Shown: piece after piece, positions 16,233 to 23,430 of the stretch
Layout: each line of letters opens with the position of its first letter
How positions within the stretch are numbered: position 1 is the stretch's first letter
Source of the DNA: an uncultured Gammaproteobacteria bacterium
Lineage (GTDB): Bacteria; Patescibacteriota; Microgenomatia; UBA8517
Length of the DNA: 47,273 nucleotides
Direction: 5' to 3'
NCBI GenBank assembly: GCA_964606975.1
Contig: CAZSGY010000026.1
Span: 1 to 47,273, forward strand
Made by a program: the position numbers and the translations under genes
The notes under the pieces: generated by a model
Told to the model about the DNA's origin: nothing
What the model saw: the letters and a program-made list of their open reading frames with translations, nothing else
Database searches by the model: none

Positions 16233-17741
16233 CTATTTACTTGAGGCAAAATCAACTCTTGAGTAAATGCTCATGTCGTCAATTTGGTTTACTAATAGGT
16301 AATTATTTTTAATTAAAGAATTCAGTTCGGGAAAGGGATACGAATTACTGAGAATTATGAATTTTGGAGGACTGGCAACCATTTTTTCGGCTTCAATTGC
16401 TTTGGTAGAGTAGTCGTTTATATGGTAATCGGCCACATATTTGGTAGGAGGCATGCGTTTTGCCAGAGCATAAATAGCCGCTGAATCAGGACTCCAAATG
16501 AAAACCCGATCGTTTTTGTAACTGGACTGAACCAAAAATTCCGCGATTTTATAATTTCTGGAGGTAGTTTTTGAAAAACTATTGAAGTATTCCTCTTTTG
16601 TAATCCTTCTGGTTATAAGGTTTGTAAAGCGTAGATAGTAGGAAGCGGTTGGATAGACCCAAAACCTAAAATAGACGGGGACAAAGAAAAATAAAGTCAA
16701 AGGAATAACACTCAAAGATTGTTCCAAACTCTTTTCTGTCAAAAGGATCGAAATAAGTATTGAGACAGGGGCAATAACCTGAATCAGGTAGTGTGGATAC
16801 GGGCGCTCCGACAAGGTAATGGCAAAAAGTGCAAACAACACCCACAAAGATAGAAGAATAAACTTTTTGCTTAGTTTTTTCCTAAATATAAACAAAACCG
16901 CAGATCCCAAAAGAACAATAAAACCACGAATAAGTAACGGAGCATTTCTGACTAAGAAGGGTTTTTGTACATCTCCCGGCCTGAAACTGCTTAGATAGCC
17001 GACATTTTGCATAAAAGCGGCTTTAATATACTCCGGCAAAGCCCCCTTGAAGTAATACCAGACAAAAGTTGTTACTATCGGAGTAAGAAAACCAAGTAGT
17101 AGTATCAAGGTGTTTTTTAATATAATTTTCCAGTTTTTAAATCCATCGGTAATTAGCCAGTAAAAAACAATTATTGGGACATCAAAAGCTGCCGGTATTT
17201 TGAAAAGCGCTCCGATTCCGAATAGGATTCCGGACAGATAGATTTTTCCGGCGGAGGGCCTGTTTTTTAATAGAATAAGCAGGGCGCCGATAGTGAAGCC
17301 AATCATAAATAGTTCCGAGTTTATGGTTAATCCTTCAAGCAGGGGTAGTGTGGTCAGAAGCGCGAAAAGCAGTGTGGCAATTTTTTGACCTTTCTCATTT
17401 TTATCCAAAACCAGCCTTGTTAGCTTATAAAATAGGAAAATGGTTACTAAGGTCCAAAATGTCAGAATAACCTTAAACCAAAAAAGACTGCCGCTAACAG
17501 CTGCCAGGATATATAAAAGAGGGGGTTTATTGTCGTGGACATCTTCATAAAGAGTTAGTCCCTGGCGCACTCCTTGCCCCAAGGTCATATAAATCATTTC
17601 ATCGCCATAATAATAAGGTTCAAAGTACGAGGGTACTCTCAATAAAAAGACTAAACTTAAAACCACCAAAAGCCAGGCAGGAATGTCCGGAAGATGCAAG
17701 AAGTCGCTGATCTTGTGAAGTTTCTGCCAGAGTACCTTCAT
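16233..17741 (-). CDS. GT-C fold glycosyltransferase (ArnT/PMT-like, GT39/GT83 type)
   Basis: Polytopic 502-aa protein. The first extracytoplasmic loop YYGDEMIYMTLGQGV...DVHDNKPPLLY resembles the acidic and KPPL loops of ArnT/PMT enzymes. Confidence 0.65.
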   Translation of the reverse strand: MKVLWQKLHKISDFLHLPDIPAWLLVVLSLVFLLRVPSYFEPYYYGDEMIYMTLGQGVRQGLTLYEDVHDNKPPLLYILAAVSGSLFWFKVILTFWTLVTIFLFYKLTRLVLDKNEKGQKIATLLFALLTTLPLLEGLTINSELFMIGFTIGALLILLKNRPSAGKIYLSGILFGIGALFKIPAAFDVPIIVFYWLITDGFKNWKIILKNTLILLLGFLTPIVTTFVWYYFKGALPEYIKAAFMQNVGYLSSFRPGDVQKPFLVRNAPLLIRGFIVLLGSAVLFIFRKKLSKKFILLSLWVLFALFAITLSERPYPHYLIQVIAPVSILISILLTEKSLEQSLSVIPLTLFFFVPVYFRFWVYPTASYYLRFTNLITRRITKEEYFNSFSKTTSRNYKIAEFLVQSSYKNDRVFIWSPDSAAIYALAKRMPPTKYVADYHINDYSTKAIEAEKMVASPPKFIILSNSYPFPELNSLIKNNYLLVNQIDDMSIYSRVDFASSK

Positions 17742-17759
17742 AACATATACAGTTTAAGG

Positions 17760-17765
17760 TATAAT
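17760..17765 (+). promoter_or_regulatory. -10 box TATAAT, 8 nt upstream of the UDP-xylose synthase ATG
   Basis: TATAAT-TTCCCTAT-ATG in the 32-nt divergent intergenic region. Confidence 0.45.
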
Positions 17766-17773
17766 TTCCCTAT

Positions 17774-18727
17774 ATGCAAAATGTTTTGGTTACCGGTGGG
17801 GCAGGTTTCATTGGTAGCCATCTTTGTGACAAGTTGGTCAGTGAAGGGTACAGGGTGAGTTGTTTGGACAACCTTCTTACGGGTTCAAAAAAGAATATAG
17901 AGCACTTAATGGATAACCCCAACTTCAATTTTATAGAGGGAGATATTGTTCAATCGTTAGAAATGATGGGTACTCAGTTGAATTATATTTTTCACCTGGC
18001 ATCTCCGGCATCTCCGATTGATTATCAAAATTACCCGGAAGAAACATTAATGGTCAATTCCATGGGCACTTTAAATGTATTAAAACTTGCAAAAAAAAGT
18101 GGTGCTAAGGTTCTAATTGCCTCCACGTCAGAGGTGTATGGCGACCCCATGGAACATCCTCAAAAAGAAACCTATTTCGGCAACGTAAACACTGTTGGCC
18201 CGAGATCCTGTTATGACGAAAGCAAGAGATTTGCAGAAACAGCAACATATGTTTATCTACGAAAATATGATATAGATGCCAGAATAATTAGGATATTTAA
18301 TACCTATGGCCCCAAGATGCAAAAAGATGACGGCAGGGTGGTTTCCAATTTTATTATGGCAGCCATAACTGGCGGCCCTTTGAGGATCGACGGTGACGGT
18401 AGCCAGACGAGGTCCTTTTGCTATGTTGATGATTTAGTGGATGGAATATTAAAGGCTATGTTTACAGATTGGACTAAAGGGGAAGTGTTCAATTTGGGAA
18501 ATCCCGATGAATTTGCAATTAAAGAACTGGCCGATTTAGTGAAGTCTCTTACCGGAAGCAATTCAGAGGTTTTACATAGCGGTAGTTTTAGAGAAAACGA
18601 TCCGATGAAAAGGCGTCCGGATATAACTAAAGCTAAAACTGTTTTAGGATGGGAGCCAAAAATAAAATTGGAAGAAGGACTCAGAAAGACAATAGAATAT
18701 TATAAACAATTAGAGGCTAGGAATTAA
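17774..18727 (+). CDS. UDP-glucuronate decarboxylase (UDP-xylose synthase), SDR family
   Basis: GGAGFIGSHL Rossmann motif, YDESKRFAE (YxxxK), and RIFNTYGPKM...DGRVVSNFI typical of UXS enzymes. Confidence 0.85.
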   Translation: MQNVLVTGGAGFIGSHLCDKLVSEGYRVSCLDNLLTGSKKNIEHLMDNPNFNFIEGDIVQSLEMMGTQLNYIFHLASPASPIDYQNYPEETLMVNSMGTLNVLKLAKKSGAKVLIASTSEVYGDPMEHPQKETYFGNVNTVGPRSCYDESKRFAETATYVYLRKYDIDARIIRIFNTYGPKMQKDDGRVVSNFIMAAITGGPLRIDGDGSQTRSFCYVDDLVDGILKAMFTDWTKGEVFNLGNPDEFAIKELADLVKSLTGSNSEVLHSGSFRENDPMKRRPDITKAKTVLGWEPKIKLEEGLRKTIEYYKQLEARN

Positions 18728-18742
18728 CGGCCGAGAATTTCC

Positions 18743-20233
18743 TCACACTTTTTCCGTCACTTTGTATTCAATATATTTTCCAAGCATTAGTCTTGTGTGG
18801 GCATCTATTCCGGGGAGGGCGGTGAAGATAAATCCTGCAATCGGCATTAGAATGAATTCAAAAGGAGTAAGAATATGCCTGATAATGGATGTCCCTGCTG
18901 GCCTTTTTGGTTTTTGAATATTATCAATAACGATCATAACAATCAAAAATGCAAGGGCGAGTGTCAAAATCAATGATGAAAGTTTGGGAACGGTGTACCC
19001 CAGCGCTGTTCTACCAAAAGCCGGGTTAAGGAGTGTGGGAATAGTTAACCCGACCGAAATGATGAACCAATTAACAGGCCACAAGAAATGTGACCAAACA
19101 ACCTGAATAACCCTCATTGTTTTATCCCAAAAAGGGATGTCGCGGGTAAGAAAATAACTTTTAATAATCCAGGGGTCGTCACTGACGCCCCATGCCCATC
19201 TTTGAAGTTGTTGGTATTGGTTTTTAATGGTTTTCCAAAAGCCCTCCGATTGGGCTGCGTCAGCAAATAGCGGCAGATATATCGGTTCTACCTCAATTCC
19301 GCCACCGTTTTTATAAAAGGCTTTGAAAAAGATTCCCCAATCTTCAGGTATCTTGTCTGCATCCCAATAACCCACTTTATCCAAGAGCTTGAAAGACAAC
19401 GAATAATTTTGGGTATTAATAAGCTTATCCTTCCTGACAAGCTGGGAAAGATTATTAATAGACATCAGGGTATTGGTTACGCGGGAAATCGCCGGGATTT
19501 CCCAAATATTGTTGTAAAACATAACCGACGGCTGCCAGAACATTTCAAAACGCTTAGGATCGTCAAGGAATTTATATGTCAAACAGGCAAAATGTTTGGG
19601 ATGGAATTTATGGTCTGCGTCGCAGGAGGTAACAGTAAAATAATCGATATTTAGCTTCTTTTTATCAATGTAATTTTTCTTTACCCAAATGGCTGCATAT
19701 TTTTCATTTGAAGCTTTGCCGACAACCTCGCCGGGTTGGAGTAGGTGGTCGGTTCTGATAAATTTCCCGAAGATCTTTGCGTATTTTTTTTCAAGCACAT
19801 TCCACTTTGAATCACGGTCGGCTTTGGGTTCTTTTTCTTCCATTGCCAAAACGGGAATGATTTGTTTTGTTGGCAATTCCTGGGTGGCCAGGGAGTTAAG
19901 TGTTCTTTCGAGAATATGAAGGGGTTCTTTGTAAGTGGGAATAATAACCACGTGTCGGACATTTGTCCAATCGGGAAATCCTTTAACATCTCCCATCCAG
20001 TCATAAATTTTAGCTGCTTGTATGCGGGTGTTGGATACGATTGCGTTAATAGCAATTTGCAGAGATTGTATAAACCAATAAATATTGAAAGCCAAAACAA
20101 AGAAGGCGACTGCGTTGGGAATAACAAAAATTCCCCAGTAAGGGAATAAAATCAAATTCCAGGAAACAAATCCCGGCAAGATTTCCAGAAAGCGCAAAAT
20201 TTGACGATCGTGTTTTTCGATGAATTTTCTCAT
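18743..20233 (-). CDS. membrane-embedded processive GT2 glycosyltransferase (cellulose/chitin/hyaluronan-synthase-like)
   Basis: TM helices at both ends. Catalytic motifs IIPTYKEP, SCDADH (DxD), PEDWG (ED) and QQLQRWAWG (QxxRW). Confidence 0.75.
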   Translation of the reverse strand: MRKFIEKHDRQILRFLEILPGFVSWNLILFPYWGIFVIPNAVAFFVLAFNIYWFIQSLQIAINAIVSNTRIQAAKIYDWMGDVKGFPDWTNVRHVVIIPTYKEPLHILERTLNSLATQELPTKQIIPVLAMEEKEPKADRDSKWNVLEKKYAKIFGKFIRTDHLLQPGEVVGKASNEKYAAIWVKKNYIDKKKLNIDYFTVTSCDADHKFHPKHFACLTYKFLDDPKRFEMFWQPSVMFYNNIWEIPAISRVTNTLMSINNLSQLVRKDKLINTQNYSLSFKLLDKVGYWDADKIPEDWGIFFKAFYKNGGGIEVEPIYLPLFADAAQSEGFWKTIKNQYQQLQRWAWGVSDDPWIIKSYFLTRDIPFWDKTMRVIQVVWSHFLWPVNWFIISVGLTIPTLLNPAFGRTALGYTVPKLSSLILTLALAFLIVMIVIDNIQKPKRPAGTSIIRHILTPFEFILMPIAGFIFTALPGIDAHTRLMLGKYIEYKVTEKV

Positions 20234-21658
20234 TTAACTTAGGCGGGGGAACAGGGAACCTTCCGAAACTATCTTGGAATTTTTGAATTGCTTTTGAATT
20301 TTTCGGGCCGTTTCCGGTAAGAAAGGTGAAAGGTTAAAAGCAATGGTCCCGATGCTCGCTACGGAATTAGACAAAACTTCTCCCAACCGGTCTCCCTCAA
20401 GCTTCCACGGCTCGTTTTCATTGATATATTTATCTGCTTCGCTAATTTTGTTCCAGATAATTTTCAGTGCTTCATCAAACCTGTAATCATTCAATTTGTC
20501 CTCGATACTCTTGTCATACTTATTGTTCTCTGAAATATCACTATTAAATTCAAAACCCGATTTTTCACACAATTTTGCAACCCTAGCAACTAGGTTGCCC
20601 AAACCGTTTGCAAGTTCTCCGTTATAGACTTCCTCAAATTTTTCAAAAGTGAAATCAGAATCCTCGGTAGGATTTATTTTAGCTAAAAGATAATAACGAA
20701 GCGCATCTGTTCCGTATTTCTCGGCAACTTCCACAGGATCTATAGTATTACCAAGACTTTTGCTGATTTTTTGCCCGTTTACAGTAATAAATCCATGAAT
20801 GAAAACCTGTTTTGAAAACGGAAGTCCTGCGGAAGCAAGCATGGCCTGCCAAATGGCGGTTTGCTGTCTTAGGTTGTCTTTTCCGGCCACCTGATATCCC
20901 GGCCAGAAATCTTTGAAATTTTCCTGATCTTCGGGCCAGCCGAGGGTCGATATGTAATTGATAAGTGCGTCAAACCAAACGTACATTACCTGATCCGGGT
21001 CGCCCGGAACCGGGATTCCCCAGGGCATTTTAGACTTGAGTCTTGAGATGGAGAAATCAGAAAGGCCATTTTCTACAAAAGTTCTTATCTCATTAAATTT
21101 ACCAGCCGGAATTACGAAGTCGGGATTTTGATCATAAAAATCCAGAAGTATTTTTTGGTATTTTGAAAACTTGAAAAAATAATTTTCCTCCTCGATTGAT
21201 TGAAGCTCTCTATTGGGGTGAAGGGGACACCTTCCTTCCTTCAGTTCCGAATCGGTTTTTTCGAGTTCACAACCAACACAATACTTGGTTTTATATAGCT
21301 TTTTGTAAATGTCTCCGTTTTTGTCGCAAAGCTTCCAAAATTCCCCTGCCGCATTAACATGGTGTGTATCCGTTGTTCTTATAAAATGGTTATAACTTAA
21401 GTTCAACGCCGTCTTTAAGGCGTCAAATTTTTGGGCATATTCATCAGTGTATGCTTGTGGATTTTTACCCTCATCGATGGCTTTTTGATAGATTTTTTCG
21501 CCATGCTCATCTGTCCCGAAGTTAAAAATTACCTCTTCGCCCAAAAGATCATGGAATCTTGCCAGAGTGTCCGCCTGAATAATTTCCAACGCAAAACCAA
21601 TATGCGGTTCGGCATTAACGTATGGCAGGGTGGTTGTTATGTAATATTTTTTGTCCAT
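20234..21658 (-). CDS. metG: methionyl-tRNA synthetase (short form, no C-terminal tRNA-binding domain)
   Basis: YVNAEPHIGFALE (HIGH-like), KISKSLGN (KMSKS), zinc knuckle CVGCE...CPLH. Its stop abuts the GT2 start (TAAATG). Confidence 0.93.
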   Translation of the reverse strand: MDKKYYITTTLPYVNAEPHIGFALEIIQADTLARFHDLLGEEVIFNFGTDEHGEKIYQKAIDEGKNPQAYTDEYAQKFDALKTALNLSYNHFIRTTDTHHVNAAGEFWKLCDKNGDIYKKLYKTKYCVGCELEKTDSELKEGRCPLHPNRELQSIEEENYFFKFSKYQKILLDFYDQNPDFVIPAGKFNEIRTFVENGLSDFSISRLKSKMPWGIPVPGDPDQVMYVWFDALINYISTLGWPEDQENFKDFWPGYQVAGKDNLRQQTAIWQAMLASAGLPFSKQVFIHGFITVNGQKISKSLGNTIDPVEVAEKYGTDALRYYLLAKINPTEDSDFTFEKFEEVYNGELANGLGNLVARVAKLCEKSGFEFNSDISENNKYDKSIEDKLNDYRFDEALKIIWNKISEADKYINENEPWKLEGDRLGEVLSNSVASIGTIAFNLSPFLPETARKIQKQFKNSKIVSEGSLFPRLS

Positions 21659-21665
21659 TGAAGCT

Positions 21666-21671
21666 ATTTTA
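21666..21671 (-). promoter_or_regulatory. -10 box TAAAAT, 7 nt upstream of the metG ATG
   Basis: The minus strand reads GCGCTAAAAT-AGCTTCA-ATG. Confidence 0.4.
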
Positions 21672-21703
21672 GCGCGTAATTGCTTTTGAAGCCAGTTTAA
21701 GTG

Positions 21704-22033
21704 TTATTTAACCAAGCTTTTAATTTTTTCGGCCCAGACGTTTGCCCATTCTTCAGCCTCAATCTTTTTTATGGCTTTTTTTATTCCCTCTTTTTTAAGC
21801 ATGTTTTTACCAAGCTTTATTTCTTCGGAAGTTGCCAAAAGATTCCTTTTAATGTTTTCCTCATCTCTGCCTTTTTTAAGCCAGTAGGCTATTGAAATTC
21901 TTTTGACGTAAGTTTCAAGTTCTCTTTCGTCAAAAAAATCAATCAAAAACTTTTCCGTCTCAGATTTGCTTTCCAGGTCTTCCAGCATTTGCACAAAGGT
22001 TTTAAGAAGCTGTTTTTTAAGTGATGGGTTCAT
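21704..22033 (-). CDS. small helical protein, weakly TrpR/YerC-YecD-like
   Basis: The pattern EKFLIDFFDERELETYVKRISIAYWLKKG resembles the YerC/TrpR-related family by eye only. ATG at 22033 preferred, since the 22081 start would overlap the upstream gene by 44 nt. Confidence 0.35.
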   Translation of the reverse strand: MNPSLKKQLLKTFVQMLEDLESKSETEKFLIDFFDERELETYVKRISIAYWLKKGRDEENIKRNLLATSEEIKLGKNMLKKEGIKKAIKKIEAEEWANVWAEKIKSLVK

Positions 22034-22037
22034 TGTT

Positions 22038-22415
22038 TTACTTAGTTGAGAAATATAACTCTGTACAGATGCCAATTGCAAGTATCAAGCCCAAGTTAAG
22101 CCAGTTGCCGACCCCGAGATATAAAAGAATCGCAAAAAGAGACAGCGATAAAGAAGAAATTAAGCCTCTTCTAGAATTGGCAAAAAGTAAGGAAAATGTA
22201 AATAAAAGAGTTATAAAAAAGATGATGAAAAAAAGAGGTATTGCGCCAAAAGTTTTTGGATTAACAAAATAAATCAAAAAAGCAAAAAGTATCCAAAAAA
22301 GAATTGTCAAAAATAGAGTTGGTAAAAAATTTTTACGCTTCAGAACCTGTTCCTTTCTTTTATTTTTCCTCATTCGTTTATGAATATTTATCGCTACAGT
22401 GTAGAATTTACTCAT
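22038..22415 (-). CDS. small polytopic membrane protein, unknown function
   Basis: Three hydrophobic helices after a basic N-terminus. Start uncertain among 22499, 22415 and 22373. I prefer 22415 because TATAAT/TAGAAT boxes (22429-22440, minus strand) lie downstream of the 22499 start. Confidence 0.45.
   Translation of the reverse strand: MSKFYTVAINIHKRMRKNKRKEQVLKRKNFLPTLFLTILFWILFAFLIYFVNPKTFGAIPLFFIIFFITLLFTFSLLFANSRRGLISSLSLSLFAILLYLGVGNWLNLGLILAIGICTELYFSTK
22400..22407 (+). promoter_or_regulatory. TGTAGAAT -10 element, 6 nt upstream of the rmuC ATG
   Basis: TGTAGAAT-TTACTC-ATG. Confidence 0.5.
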
Positions 22416-23409
22416 GGACACAATGATCATTCTAATTATAGTCTTGGCAGCCGTTTTTTTTATAGCAATTTTTATTAATAGGAAGTTGACCGATATCAAA
22501 AATTCGCAAAAACCCTCGGAGGAACTTTTAGAGGTAATAAAAATGCTTCAAACCGGCAGCAAGGAAGATCGAAGAGTGTTGGTTTCATCGCTTCAGGAGA
22601 ACACCCGGGCCATGAATGAAAGGCTTGATAACACCGCCCGCGTTATTTCTCAGGTCCAAAGGAACATCGGGGAATTCAGTGAAATTGGAAGAGGAATGAA
22701 AGATTTGCAGGATTTTTTGAGAAGTCCTAAAGTTCGCGGAAACATCGGCGAGCAGGTTTTGAAAGAAATGTTAGGGCAGTTTTTACCCAAAGAGTCTTTC
22801 AATCTGCAATATACATTTAAAAGCGGAGAAAAAGTTGATGCCGCAATTAAAACTGCAGGAGGAATTATCCCTATCGATTCTAAATTCCCGATGGAAAATT
22901 TCAGAAAAATGGCCGAAGCTCCAACCGACAACGATAAGAAAATTTATGAACGCGATTTTGTCAAAGATGTCAAAAACCACATCGATTCTATCGGCAAAAA
23001 ATATATTTTAACAGAAGAAGGAACAATTGATTACGCACTAATGTATATCCCTTCGGAAGGTGTTTATTACGAAGTGGTAAACAATCAAACGCTTTTTGAT
23101 TACTCGCAGAAAAAAAGAGTTCTTCCCGTCTCACCGACGACTTTCTATGCGTACCTTCGTGCGATCCTCATGAGTTTTGAAGGACAAAAAATTGAAAGAA
23201 GGGCAAAAGAAATTTTGACAGCACTAAGAGCGATTCAAAAAGATTATGAAAAGGCAGAAGAAAACCTGGGAGTTTTGCAAAAGCATTTAACCAACGCCTA
23301 CAACATGATGGGTAATGTGTTTACCAGCTTTGGCACCTTAGGCCGGAAAATTTCAGGAGCAGGAAGATTGGGAGGTGGGGTGGAGGAAGAGACAAAAATC
23401 TTGAAATAA
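22414..23409 (+). CDS. rmuC: DNA recombination protein RmuC
   Basis: N-terminal TM helix, a long coiled coil, and the RmuC nuclease-like block VDAAIKTAGGIIPIDSKFPMENF...YALMYIPSEGVYYE. Confidence 0.85.
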   Translation: MDTMIILIIVLAAVFFIAIFINRKLTDIKNSQKPSEELLEVIKMLQTGSKEDRRVLVSSLQENTRAMNERLDNTARVISQVQRNIGEFSEIGRGMKDLQDFLRSPKVRGNIGEQVLKEMLGQFLPKESFNLQYTFKSGEKVDAAIKTAGGIIPIDSKFPMENFRKMAEAPTDNDKKIYERDFVKDVKNHIDSIGKKYILTEEGTIDYALMYIPSEGVYYEVVNNQTLFDYSQKKRVLPVSPTTFYAYLRAILMSFEGQKIERRAKEILTALRAIQKDYEKAEENLGVLQKHLTNAYNMMGNVFTSFGTLGRKISGAGRLGGGVEEETKILK

Positions 23410-23415
23410 TTTTCG

Positions 23416-23424
23416 TGCTACAAT
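23416..23424 (+). promoter_or_regulatory. extended -10 TGCTACAAT, 6 nt upstream of the helicase-nuclease GTG
   Basis: TGCTACAAT-CGGATC-GTG. Confidence 0.45.
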
Positions 23425-23430
23425 CGGATC

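Noticed and set aside
22021-22272. Lys-rich 83-aa plus-strand ORF
   Set aside because: It is the complement of the Phe/Leu-rich membrane protein on the minus strand (AAA opposite TTT). The hydrophobic minus-strand reading, with three clean TM helices, is more credible.
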